From NCBI GenBank assembly GCA_963693365.1, contig CAVNZM010000010.1:1674001-1738000 (forward strand): 64,000 nucleotides of DNA. Direction: 5' to 3'. This DNA comes from Amoebidium appalachense (taxonomy: Eukaryota > Protista > Ichthyosporea). The translations under genes and the position numbers were made by a program. Positions 1-64,000 of the stretch are shown here, piece after piece. Every line of letters starts with the position of its first letter. Position 1 is the first letter of the stretch. The notes under the pieces were generated by a model that saw nothing but the letters and a program-made list of their open reading frames with translations, made no database searches and was not told the origin of the DNA.

Positions 1-664
1 CCAGGCGGTGCCTGGCCCAACATGCCCTCTCTGGGAGCTGCCTCGGGTCCCCCTGGGGCTGCCTCAAGGCCCCCCGGGGCTGCCTGGGGGTCCTGGGGGG
101 GTGCCTGTGGGCCGGCAAGGGGTTGCTGCTGCTCGGCAGGGGGAGGGGCTGGGTCAGGGACCACCGGCACCTCGGCACCTGGGTCCGGTGGGGGCTGAAT
201 GGGCCGTAGCCACTGCAGGTGCACCATCAGCTCAAAGGGCGGCGGGCCCAGCTCTCCCAGGGTCTTGCCCTTGTCGGGGCCAAAGGGCACCTGCATGGCC
301 GGCGACAGCACCTGATCCACCCGCACCACTGCATGCTTCTTGCCCACCTTCATGCCCCCCCAGCGCTCCGGCTGCACAGCCAGCACCACCCCGGTGGCTG
401 CTGCAGCATGTGGGCCCCGCCGGGGCACAATCTCAACCCCTTCACCGAGTGCCTTTGCATGAAGCCGCGCTGCATGTCATAGAGGGAAGCAAAAAACTCA
501 GCCAAAAAGCCACAGCACCAACGTTTTTCTCTTCGCTCCACAAAAATCAAATGCATATTCCTTAGCAACCCCCCCCCCCCCCCCCCCCCCCCCTTCTCCC
601 TCCCCCCCCCCCCCTCTCCCAGTGCCCAGCTTGTGTGGCACTTGCACGTGTTAACAGTGCTATA

Positions 665-695
<31 letters not shown>

Positions 696-2309
696 CCACC
701 ACCACCACCACCAATCACCCCCTCCTTTGATAGCCACCCGACACCCAGCATAACACAACTGGAACACTGGCCCATGTGGTCAGCCACCCCCCCCCCCCCC
801 CCCCCCCCCCCTCCCCCCCTCCCCCCTCCCCCTCTCCTCTGGGGGGCCCACAATCTTTCTATATCTGGCATAAGCACATAAGCACTGGGGCAAAAAGCAG
901 GTGGGATACACACCTGACAGGTTTGGCCTATCGACCACGGCCGAGTAGACCTGCAGGGACGCATATGCATCAAGGGCAGCGTAGGTGGCCTGCACCTCTG
1001 ATAGCGGCTCGTGCCAGTTGGAGCATCGAACAAGTGCCGGCTTGGGCAGCTTCTTGCCTATGACCTGGGCAGTGATGTCGGCCAAGCCCCGGGCCGCAGA
1101 GGTGATAGCTGCACGGGCATAGCAGAACCGGCCCAGCTCCAGATAGCTGGCCACAGGGGTGCCGTAGTCCTTGTTGAGGTGGGCCGAGTCCGTGCCGATC
1201 TGCTTGCCCACCTTGATGATGCTGGGGTCCCTAAGCAGCGCAATCAGCTCGTCCACCAGCCGCGCGGGCGGGCTGTGGTTGGGGCCCATGCGTGCCAAGT
1301 GGAAGATGTACACGGCCCGTGCGGTGGCAATCTGCAGCGTGCAAACCTTGGACCGCGCCTGGCCCACCCGATAGACCCACTCGCAGTCCAGCCCCACCAC
1401 GCGGTGCTGCTGCCCCTCCAGGTCGGCACGAATGGCCGCTGTAGCCACCACCGCCCCCTGGCAGTCGGTGTACACCGGCTTAGGGTAGTTGGCCGGCAGC
1501 TCCAGCCCAGGCAGACCGTCCGTCACGCTTACCAGCGCAGCCTCGTTCAGACGGACGGGGCATTTTGGCCGGGCTAGGGTTGGAAACATGCGCTCAACAA
1601 ACGCCCGGTCTTGGCAGCACCGATCTGTGTAGAAGAAGGCCGGGCCCTTGCTGTTGAGCGCCGCCGTGGTGGCAGAGATGCGCTGGATCACGGGCTCAAT
1701 CTCCTGGTGGCTGCAGTCCCGTGTAAATACCTGCGCCCGGATCTCTGGGGTGCCGCACTGTGTGAGAGGGCATCTCCGAGCAGCCATGCATGTTCTAGCT
1801 TCCCTTACCACATGGCCCTTCACGAGACTTCAGTGCCCACACAATCCTTTCCCCCTCCCTCCCCCCAAACCCATGTGCCCACATACTTTCCCCTCCCTCT
1901 CCCCCAAAACCCTTCCCCCTCCTTCCCCCCAAACCCATGTGCCCACATACTTTCCCCAGGCCTCCCTTTCCCCCAAAATCTTCCCCCCCCCCCTCCCCCC
2001 TAAACCCATGTACCTACAATCCTTCCCCCTTCCTCCCCCTAAACCCTTGTGATCACAATCCTTTCCCCCCTCTCTGCCTTCCCCCCAAACCCATGTGCCC
2101 ACGATCCTTCCCCACTCCCCCTCCCCCCAAACCATGGGACAGCCCTCCATATGGCACCTACTGTCCCCCCCCCCCCCCCCCCACCCCACCCCGGGCCTCT
2201 TGCCCTCTCTACCTTCAACCCCGACGGTGGTGTCTCTCCCCCCCCCCCCCCCCCCCCCTGCATCCCTTGCAATCACTGGCCCCTACTCCCATTCTGCTTG
2301 GCAGAAGCT

Positions 2310-2358
<49 letters not shown>

Positions 2359-2558
2359 ATTCCCCGCCAAAAGAAAGCTCCACCCCAGCCCACCCCAATC
2401 TCTACCCAGCAAAAACACATACACACATATCTGGAGCTTCCTAGTTTTTGCTCGACAGGGCAAGAATTGTCCCCAAAACCCACATACTACAAACCTCTAC
2501 TCACAGTGTGCCACCTCATTAAATGTGGAGCCTAAGAGATTTAAAGGCCCTAGAGGGG

Positions 2559-2593
<35 letters not shown>

Positions 2594-3066
2594 GGGGGCG
2601 TGTGTGTGTGTGTGTGTGGGGGGGGGGGGGGGTGGGGGTGTGTGGGGGGGGGGGGGGGGAGGGGGGAAGGGGGCCTGGGGGAGAGTGGGGGGAGGGGGGA
2701 GAAGAGGAGGGACCACACACCGCCAAGCTCGTTTACACAAGTCCATAGGCCTCGGTACAGAGGCTCCCCATTGATGCCGGTGAGCTTCCCAATTTGGAAG
2801 GTGTGGTCGGCCTTGAGCACGTTGTTTACGGGCTTGAGCTGCGTGTCCAGGCTCTGGTACTTTGCCGTGCGGTCGCTGAACTCAGTATACACGGCACTCA
2901 GGTATTTGCCTGAACCCCAAGTACTGTTAGAACTCCACCACCCTCCCATCAGGACCATCCCCCCCATTCCCTCTAGTCCCTCGTGTTCATCTCACCTCTC
3001 TGTATTTTCGTAAGTCTGTATGGCTTTTCCCATCTCAAAAACGCTACACACCCATCTCCGGCCGTT

Positions 3067-3104
<38 letters not shown>

Positions 3105-3283
3105 CCCCCGCCCTCCCGGCGCGCGCAAACCCTCCAAGTCATTGCACCAACTTTCACCTTCTTTCCCCTTTGTGCCCCATCTGCAGTTTGTCCCCTGCAC
3201 GTCCGTTTGCCCTTCCCCCCACACCCTCCTGCCACTACTATAATAACCATTAAGTACCGCCACCAAGATCCAGTCTACCACCA

Positions 3284-3331
<48 letters not shown>

Positions 3332-3592
3332 CTCTCCACCTCCTTTCCCCCAACACACACAGACACACATGCGCACACCCACCATCTAATTTCAGGCATA
3401 ACAGTTCTCCACGATTTCCCAAGCACACTCACTGGTACATGGACCGTTATGCTTTCACCCCTCTGATGATCCCTCTGCCCTCCCCCCCCCCCCCCCCCCC
3501 CCCCCCCCCCACCACCACCACCACCACCACCACCACCATGACTGATTGCCACCACCACCACCTAATCCATCACCATGTCCCCCCTCCCCCCC

Positions 3593-3637
<45 letters not shown>

Positions 3638-5027
3638 GGACCCACAAGTACACGCACACTCACAGGCGCACATCCACCACCACACATCCACCACCACCAT
3701 AATAGAAACTTATTGACCACACTTCCAAAACCCATTTCCAAGTCCCCCCCCCCCCCCTAAAAAAAAAATAAAAAATAATAAAACAAAACCCTACCAAGCC
3801 AACCCAAAAAATGCCCAAGCACGTGCATACAAAACAATGGGGACCATTTACACACCCAAAATGCAGTGCACACTTGCCTGAAGGCACATGTCCAGCGTAA
3901 CCATTTTTGTCACCAAACGCCGAGAACTTAGCCGCCTGCTCCTCTGGGGGAAGTTCTGTCAGGCGCTGGTCGTGGGGGCGGAAATCGTTACGCTTTTTGA
4001 GTTCATACTTGGTCCAATGCAGCGCCCTCGAGTAATACAGGAGCCGCTGCTCGTCGTATCGCTGCTTGTGGAGCTCCGAGAGGAGGGTGGCAAAGGCGTT
4101 TGGGCCCACACCTTTGTCTGCCAGTGCACGCAACAATGTTACCACCTTTAGGTCGAGCCCACTGCGGTGGCTAAGGTAGGCCGGAAACTGATCACGCATG
4201 AAGAGTGGAAGGCGTTTAATTGTCTGGGGGTTTGTGCCGGCAAAGTTTTTTTTGCATGTGTCACAAAAGTACCGGGCCGTGATAATGTAGTAGCAGCTGT
4301 CAAAGTCGATAACACGCCGTCCTACGGGGTTGCTCATGAACCCATTGCGAGAAGTACGGTGTGGGTTGGGGTGGTTGTGGGGGTCCACGTAGTGATCATC
4401 GAAGGGGCACGGCACCATGAAACCGGGAGACAACCTTTCCGGAAGCCAGGCAAAACATCTGGGTTTGTAGAAAGGCGCTGGATCGCCCCCAAATTTAAAG
4501 CCTATAATGGGAGGTGGAAGATGCCACCCCACAGGCGTCTTCTCATCTTTGAGACTCTCTTTCACTGTGTGCAGGTGCGACTTGATTGTTTCGCCCGCCG
4601 CGTCAGAAAACTCCTCTCCACCGTCATCCCCGTCCGTATTATCTTCTCCCTCTTCCTCCCCTTCATCCTCGTCTACCCGGTACGCATCTGCTGCTGCATT
4701 TAGCAAAGGTTCCTCGTCGGGTTGCACCTGTATGTCTGGTGGGTGTGGAGCAGGGGCCCGATCCATTTCTCTTGGTAACGAATGGACGCTACCTGCCTCA
4801 ACTACACGGGCCCTTATGTCGGCGGCCTTAGATAGAGGGGGCTGTTCGGGTTGTACGTTTACGTTTAGTTCCTGCAAAACAGCTTTGTTTGCCGTCCCAA
4901 AACCTGCAAAGTTCGCTAAAGGCTGAACAAATGCAGCATCTTTTTTTTTGCGCCCAGCTCCCTCCCTAGCTCCGCCTGTTTTATGCCCAGGGCGCTGTGT
5001 TGTGCCCTTAGGGCAGCCTGGCTTCAT
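1..5027 (-). CDS. Putative DDE-type transposase (DUF6729-like) with inserted DEDDy 3'-5' exonuclease; spliced, 3' end outside window
   Basis: Exons 5027-3878 (GC donor), 2909-2721, 1744-914, 469-<1 join in frame. N-terminal GGAREGAGRKKK, CPF..H/RYFCDTC segment, LKADHTF, NELGEIR, YTDRCC transposase-like motifs; exonuclease ExoI GLDCEW, ExoII IGTD, ExoIII YAALDA intact. Family assignment from recalled motifs. Confidence 0.75.
1835..2145. repeat. Degenerate tandem repeat (CCCCCAAACCCATGTGCCCACA core) in a transposase intron
   Basis: Core CCCC(T/C)AAACCC(A/T)TGT recurs about 6 times. Confidence 0.7.
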
Positions 5028-5417
5028 TTTAAACACTTGGGGCCTGGCCCCCTGCCCCCCTAGTGCGACTACGTTACCGCAAACATTCCCGTATTCCAGT
5101 GTGCTCGGCAATGCTGCTCATGGCCTTCGCGGACTGGTTGTGACCAGTAAAGAGCGCGCCAATTGGCCCGGGACAGCAGTGTATGATCTGTTATCCATAT
5201 TCGGCAAAAGGGGTCTTGCCCAACCAATGGCTTGAATCCTTGTAACTTTGCTTTATCCATATAAGGTTAGCTGAACACCCCCCCTCCAATCATACCCCCC
5301 CTTCTCTCTAGTAGTAGCTCCTGGCATGCCGCACCCCCCATCTCAATCTAGAAGTACGTTAAAGTTTCCTCCGATATTATAGGGCTAACGCGTCCTAATT
5401 GCCACTCTACATAGTCC

Positions 5418-5810
5418 GTGTATACACCAATCAAATGCAAGGTGGATACCAGGTTCGATTCGCTAGCTATCATGCGCAATCTGGCGGCATTCAAAATAAC
5501 TTGCTTTCTAAGATTGTGTGACGTCATTCCATAAAATTGTAAATTCAATTTTTGCATAGCGGCGTATGCACGAGTATAATAACTCTCAGCGGGACCAGCA
5601 AGTTAGTGAAAGTCGCTCTAGCAATGCGCTACGTTGTTGCAACTCAAGGTATCTGAAGCATGTTTAAGAGATATTTTACTGTGTGTAACATTGTTTTGAG
5701 TTTTTTTTTATTACTTTTGTGGTCTCTAGTCTCGAAAACGCACTGATGTGGCCACATGAGTCACATCAGACGTTGCGCAGGATTGGCGCTCGTTTGATTG
5801 GTGTATACAC
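5418..5810. mobile_element. Non-autonomous inverted-repeat element (MITE-like)
   Basis: GTGTATACACCAATCAAA at 5418 and its exact reverse complement TTTGATTGGTGTATACAC near 5791-5808; no coding capacity. Confidence 0.55.
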
Positions 5811-5845
5811 TCTCTAATTGACATTAGTAGCATTGTTGTGAAAAG

Positions 5846-6255
5846 CCAGATTGCCAGATTGCCAGAATGCCAGAATTTTGATGGCATTCCAGAAAGGCTA
5901 GATTTCGGTCCGGTTCTTGTAGAGCTAAAATCTAGCTTTTTGGGTCAAGAAGGCACTTGCCATTTTGCGCGGTAATAGAATATCTTGGCTTATCTTAATG
6001 AACAATAATAGTTTTGAAATATTATTTAAAAAAATTTTATTTTGTTAAATGGGCATTTATTACCAAGTTTTATGCATTTTAAAAAGCTATACTAATAAGG
6101 CAAAACGCCTAGAATTGGATACGAACTTTATATGGTGCTGGCGCGGCCAATCGTAAGGCGCAGGGTCAATCTGGCAATCTGGAAGGGGGGGGGGGGGGGG
6201 GGGGGGGGTCGCCAGATTCTGGAATCTGGAAGAGGGGTCAAATTGAATCTGGCCT
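5846..6255. mobile_element. Degenerate TIR element remnant with GCCAGA(T/A)T subterminal repeats
   Basis: GCCAGATT/GCCAGAAT x4 at 5846-5877; inverted AATCTGGCAATCTGG at 6168 and further AATCTGG copies to 6253. Confidence 0.4.
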
Positions 6256-6666
6256 TAAAATTTTGTTTAAATTTTACGACACGAATCGAACCATTACTTC
6301 GTCATATGTTTTGCGCGCTTTTTCTTGAACCAGTACACTGGCACCGTACACTGACAGCTCAGTACAGCTTGAAGGGCCTTTTGTCACCGTGTCCAGTGTA
6401 ACGTTTTTCGAGGTTCATTCAGGTTCATCGTTGTTTTTTTCTTTCCAACCCCCCCCCTCCCCCCTTCTCTCCCTCTCCCCCTCTCTTCTAGAGTGACAAT
6501 TATTATACTAACATTGAAAAAAAACCCGTCATTAATTTGGGAAGTAAACGTTGCAGTGACCCTTTAAGAACCCCCTTTTTTTTCTTTTTTTCTTTTTTTT
6601 CTTTTGTTCATAGAAACATTTCAACGACCTGAGCCTATAAAGTGCTTGGTGATTGTTTCAGGGACC

Positions 6667-35170
<28,504 letters not shown>

Positions 35171-36009
35171 GCGTATTGCTGTGATACAGACAGCCGGAGG
35201 TTGGATCTCGACAAGTAGAATAGTCGTACATGTCATTAGAACTGTGAGGGGTTTTAATGTGTGGGTGTTGGTTGGTGGGTGGGTGATGGGTGTGGGTTGG
35301 CGGGTGGGTGGGTGTTTGTGGGTGAGGAGGGGGTGGGGGTGCGGGTTGGGGTGTGTGTTTTAGAGGCATTAAGGGAAACACAGTATATCGGTGGAATCGG
35401 TTGTGGCATGTTGGATGGTGTATGGTTTTGAAGAAGGCGCAGCAGGCCTGGGCAAGGGGGGGGGGGGGGGGGGGGGGGGAGGGGGGGGGATCAGATTATT
35501 ATTTTTTGTTTGATTGATTGATTGTTCGTTTGTTTGTTTGTGGAAGTCTATCTGTTAAAAATTTGACAATGGGGGATGAATGCTTCAAAAGGTTTGGCAC
35601 TGATTCTGCTGACACTTTTGCAAGGCCCTATAGTTATGGCTTGTCTGTCTGTTCGTTTCTGGTAATCACGAAATTTTGTGAGTATTTTCGGTGGGAGAAC
35701 TTGAACCTAGAAATCCTTCTAGAATTGCTTCCATATGTAAAGAATATTTATATCAACATTGTTCTTCGCGAGACAGCGGCTATGTACAGGGTGAGATTGT
35801 TATCATGTGCAAATGAACACATACCATGCCCCGATTTGATAGAAGCTCATATTGCACCCGAACACACCTTGTCCTCCTACCCTTGTAGCGGTGTAAATCA
35901 GTCGAAGTCCGGTGTCTTTCCCCCTTTCCCCCCTCCCCCCCGGGGCCCTACCCACCACTGCAGCCACCTCCACCCCCACCCACCCTTTTTTCTGACACTG
36001 GACTTGCTC

Positions 36010-36136
36010 ATATCGTGTAAATCATAATTACTTATGAAAGATATCGTGTAAATCATAATTACTTATGAAAGATATCGTGTAAATCATAATTACTTATGAA
36101 AGATATCGTGTAAATCATAATTACTTATGAAAGATA
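36010..36136. repeat. Perfect 31-bp tandem repeat x4
   Basis: ATATCGTGTAAATCATAATTACTTATGAAAG x4, each with internal hairpin TCATAA-TTAC-TTATGA. Confidence 0.95.
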
Positions 36137-36237
36137 GGGTTCCGCATTCTTGCAGGGAACAGGGTGGGTGGGGTGGGGGTGGCCGCAGTGGTGGTCACGT
36201 GGTGGTGGTGGTGGTGGGGGGAAAGGGGGGGATGAGG

Positions 36238-36280
<43 letters not shown>

Positions 36281-36700
36281 CTGAGGACAAGCAAAAACAG
36301 CCCCGTGGCCATTTGAGCATCAGGAAAACAAAATGTAGTGTTTTTACCTCTTTTTTTTGTTTCATTTTGTCAGATCTCTAGAGCTGCCTTCTGCTGAATA
36401 CATAATATTATCGCATCTACCACCTTTGGTGCACTTTGGTGGTGGTGGTGGACCAGGTGTGTGTGTGTGTGTACATGCATGGCACATGTGCGTGTGTGCA
36501 TGTGTGGTGGTGGTGGTTGGGGGGGGGGGGGGGGGGGGGGGGGAGGGGGGGGGGGGGGAGGCCTAGGGCAGCGCTGGGGAAAGAGGGGGGAGCTCGAGGG
36601 GGAGGGGATAATATGGTGAAGAAAAGGGGGAAGGGGCGGCAGGAGCTCGAGCTCGGCCGGACCGGAAGGGAAGGGCGTAGCTGAGCACGGGCCCACGGGG

Positions 36701-36743
<43 letters not shown>

Positions 36744-37379
36744 AGAGTAAGTATGTGGTTGTCGTCCTGTCTGCCTTAAAGAAGTTCAACACCTTTAGGG
36801 CCTCTGGGCGCGGTGTGTACTTCTTGTTTTTAAGAACCCCTGACCGTGGCGGCTATTAATTGGTGGGGATGGTAATCATAGTAACAAACATGTGACTGTA
36901 CAGCCCATGCATCTTATAAACCCATGCATAATTATGAAAGGCCTGCATGCTTCGAATTTTATCTCAGAAAAAACTAACATCTTGCGGCACCCATATATGC
37001 ATTGCCGAACAATTGCGCTCATATCAGCGCTAGCCAACGTTTACACCGTACGGCTAGTAACTGTTACACATAAATCAAGTCCTTTCAATGCATGGTCTAA
37101 TACATATCTCACGACATGTCACCGCAGCAGATCAATCAATCATATCCAAGGGAAGTCTTGTCTGTCTTGCGTGGGAGGGTACGACCAAATCATTTAAATT
37201 AAAATCCAATTATTGATTTTTAAATTGCGTCTTTAGTGGCAGGAGGTAACCCACGCGCATTGTATATTAAAATTAAATAGGTGCCAGCCGTACAGCTTTT
37301 GTCTCCGCCTTTGTCTTTTGCACCCAAACAGTGTCACCCACTCAGTAGATCTCCGAGCCTCTCTCCTATCAGTCTTCAA

Positions 37380-37422
<43 letters not shown>

Positions 37423-37435
37423 AGCCCCCCCCTGA

Positions 37436-37466
<31 letters not shown>

Positions 37467-37539
37467 CCCCTCCCCCCTCTCTCAATAGCTGAAACCTACA
37501 TTCCGCATGGGTGAGAAATTGATCACATCTATAACCTTT

Positions 37540-37588
<49 letters not shown>

Positions 37589-38288
37589 TTGTGCAGTGTG
37601 TGTGACACTGTGTGTCATGGTGTGCGTTCGCGCTTACCAGATATGTTTAGAAGCAGGCTCTCACCTGTCCTAATCTCGTAAGTGTGCGTGACACATGCGC
37701 GCACACACACACACACACAACGTGCACACTGATAACACACACACACACACAGACATGCTCTCATGCACTTGAGATTCATTGTTTTATTGCTTTGAATCAC
37801 TAGTTCATAGACATTCGTTCCAGTAACATTTGTTACAATTGTTCCCAACCGACACCAATAAAAAGAGGTATATATATGTGACATTGTAAGGCAGATGTGA
37901 AGTCAAATTTCACAGAAAACATAAAGCCCAAAGCCAATGTGAAGCCATTACCACAATTACGCTACCTCTGTAAACTTGAGAGGGAGAAGAACCATTTGTC
38001 AGACAAGGGTGTTCAGGTCCAAGAACACATACATACGTCAGCCTGGAAGGTGTTAAAAAACGCATTTGTCATGATGATCTTTGTCCCTCAATACGCATGG
38101 TTGTGCATGTGTAGCATGTTATCAGGGCTGTGCGTGTGCGCATGCCTGTGCGTTTTAGTGTGTGTATGTGTATGTGTGTGTGTGTGTGTGTGTTGGGGTG
38201 GGGTGGGGGGGGGGGGGGGGGGGGGAGGGGGGGAGAGGAGAGAGATCTGCGCCCATGTGTTATGACCCCCCATAGCATTGTCCAAGCA

Positions 38289-38433
38289 TGCAAAAACAAA
38301 CATGCATAGCACACCATTCGTACCCAATACAATACGTTAAGGAAGGTTTTGGAAGTATAGAAAAATTGCAAAAACATACATGCATAGCACACCATTCGTA
38401 CCCAATACAATACGTTAAGGAAGGTTTTGGAAA
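38289..38433. repeat. About 79-bp tandem duplication
   Basis: ACATGCATAGCACACCATTCGTACCCAATACAATACGTTAAGGAAGGTTTTGGAA occurs twice. Confidence 0.85.
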
Positions 38434-38691
38434 TTCAGAAAAATTCATGCTGTATACACAAATCCCATGTCGGAGGTTGGGCACCAAAAAAAAAAACAAA
38501 AAAAAAACAAAACAAAAAAAAAGAGAGAGAAAACCAAAAACTCTAATGCCGGAGGTCGGAAGAAACACCAACCACGCAAACCTCTCATATCAGAGAGGAG
38601 AAAAACACAACTTGTGCTCAAATTTCCGATGTGGAGGTTAAGAAAACACCAAAAAAGATATCGGAAAAATATCACAAGTATTCCGCATTTT

Positions 38692-50914
<12,223 letters not shown>

Positions 50915-52138
50915 CGCCTAGCCGGTCTCGTTGAAACAAGTAGTTTAGGAACGAGAAAAAACGGTTCACGGGGTGGGTTGTGTGGACTGTTATTTCCAAA
51001 TACACGGTATTCGGTGCAAAGAAGCAGAGTATTTTCCTGAAACCTTACTCAATCCCGCAAACTACCTTCTTCCAATCGAAAAGAAAGGAAAGAGGAACAA
51101 CTATTCCCCCTGGATCCGGAGCAGTGTTTTACTGTAGGCTGGACATAGTAAAAATGATGGTGTTGTAGAGGCTGCCTAAGAGGCGTGCGATAAGTGAAGA
51201 CCTGTTTTGGGGTGTTATTAGGCCCCAGAAATGCGATTTTCAAGTGTTGTGTTAGAATTAGCTAAACAACGGGTGTGTTTAGAGGGTGCGTTGGTGTCTG
51301 TTTGAACAGGAACCTGAAAACTTCGGCGGAATCAGTGACCTTTTGCCAAGAGATGAGCCTACGTAGCAACTTAATTCAATAGATCTAGTCATACGATTGG
51401 CTACAGATAGCAGATAAAATTATCATTGGCTTAGAAAGTATCGCTTACGTAAGCTCATTGGGCTTGTGTTGCGCAGCTCAAAAGATATAAAGACAGTGTA
51501 ACAGAGATATCTACAATATTTAAAGCAAACACACTGTGCTTGACAACTTAAAACATTTTTTATTATGAAAATCATTGTTGCCTACCTTTACGTTTTGTAG
51601 CGGCTCAATAATATCAGCGGTGAAGGTATTTCAAACTTTTCCTATATGCCAGGGTTAGACATTTGCATTGGATCTACTTCTAGATACTGTATTTTAGAAT
51701 GACGAAACGGTAGTTTTCGGGTTAATAATGGCCCTGAGTAGTATATAACGGATACTTTGAAGTGCAGATTTCCTACCCTCTCACGGATCTTCGCTGGGGG
51801 GCGGGGGGTGTATGCAAGCCTAGGGGGGGGAAAAAAAAAAACGGCGACGAGTTGTAGCGTACTGCGAGGCTGCTGGGGAAAACCAATGAACTGTAAGGGT
51901 ATATAAGTGTTTATAGAGACAAGCATGCAGTTATAGGCACACGCGCGCGCATTTTTACCATCCTGTTGAAAGAAATATAGCTTGGTTTGATCATCGGGTG
52001 CTTAGTTTATTTACGATGTGGTCCTGACTGACTTAGCTAACACCCGTCGTTAGGTCCACAATCGCGTTCTAAATGCAACAAAACCCTCTTCCGTCTTCGA
52101 AAATAACTTCATAAACATACCATTAGCAAAAACCGAAT
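50915..52138. promoter_or_regulatory. Probable bidirectional promoter between the divergent TBC and DUF3754 genes
   Basis: Head-to-head start codons 1.2 kb apart; largely microsatellite-free; three ATTGG (CCAAT) boxes near 51396, 51426, 51457. Confidence 0.45.
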
Positions 52139-63340
<11,202 letters not shown>

Positions 63341-64000
63341 GTAAGTTTCATACTACCCCTCCCCCCCCTCCCCCTCCTCCCCGCCATGCCTCCCGTCCGC
63401 CTGGCCGCTCTTCGGGGCATACGCTATGTTTTTTGTTCGTACTCCTTAGATGTTGGCTTTGCACGATCTTCACAGCGAGAGAGAGGGGAGGGAATGAGGG
63501 GGAGGGGAAGAGGGGAGGGGAGGGAAGAGGGGAGGGGGAGGAGGGCGGCAAGCGGAGGGATATACAGAGGTACATAGACACACATGCGGCGCACACGCAC
63601 ACGTACACACACAAGGATCCACACCTAGGCCTCTCTCTTCTTCATCATTCTGGGCTAAGTGGATCCTTTGAATCGATTTTTAGTTATGATATAATCATTT
63701 AAACCTGGAACGTTTTGGTTAAATTATCTTTTTTACGACATCATCCGGAGCCGGATATGCCGAAGTAATCCGACACATGCTGTGCTATGCTCCCCCTCCA
63801 ATCCGTATATTTCGAGGTTATCTCACTGTGGTAGCATTCATATAGAATATCCCCAATGGTTGACATCCGTGTGTAAACCTGATAGCACATTATCACACAA
63901 ACACTGTTGTAGTGCCAGCCATATGTTTCTCTCTGGCACCCTGTAAGGAGCCAAAAGGAGGCAGCATATGCAAAACACAATATATCACCCCTATATCCAA

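Noticed and set aside
35518-36027. 169-aa ORF downstream of the Myb-TPR gene
   Set aside because: Non-ATG start, no recognisable motif; probably UTR or intergenic.

Overview
Eukaryotic, intron-rich genomic DNA (GT-AG introns, one GC-AG) whose introns are packed with poly-C/poly-G, (CA)n, (CT)n and CCCT tracts, so most ORFs in the supplied track are spurious. Splicing by hand gives four genes. (1) A minus-strand, multi-exon transposase-like gene with an internal WRN/EXD2-type DEDDy 3'-5' exonuclease (runs off the left edge). (2) A 28.5-kb plus-strand gene encoding Myb/SANT + Pro-rich repeats + an array of seven tandemly duplicated 42-45-nt micro-exons + TPR. (3) A minus-strand EVI5-like TBC protein with both catalytic fingers substituted. 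(4) A plus-strand DUF3754/TMEM143-type gene (runs off the right edge). An intronless, frameshifted tyrosine-recombinase (Crypton-like) gene with a ~190-bp GNA-rich hairpin sits antisense in the intron that splits the Myb domain. Introns also carry several foldback MITEs and a dispersed ~145-nt motif with compensatory base changes and a predicted pseudoknot, always sense to its host gene; I do not recognise this motif as a known RNA family. Gene models and family calls are from manual reading and memory, not database searches; the organism cannot be identified from this window.
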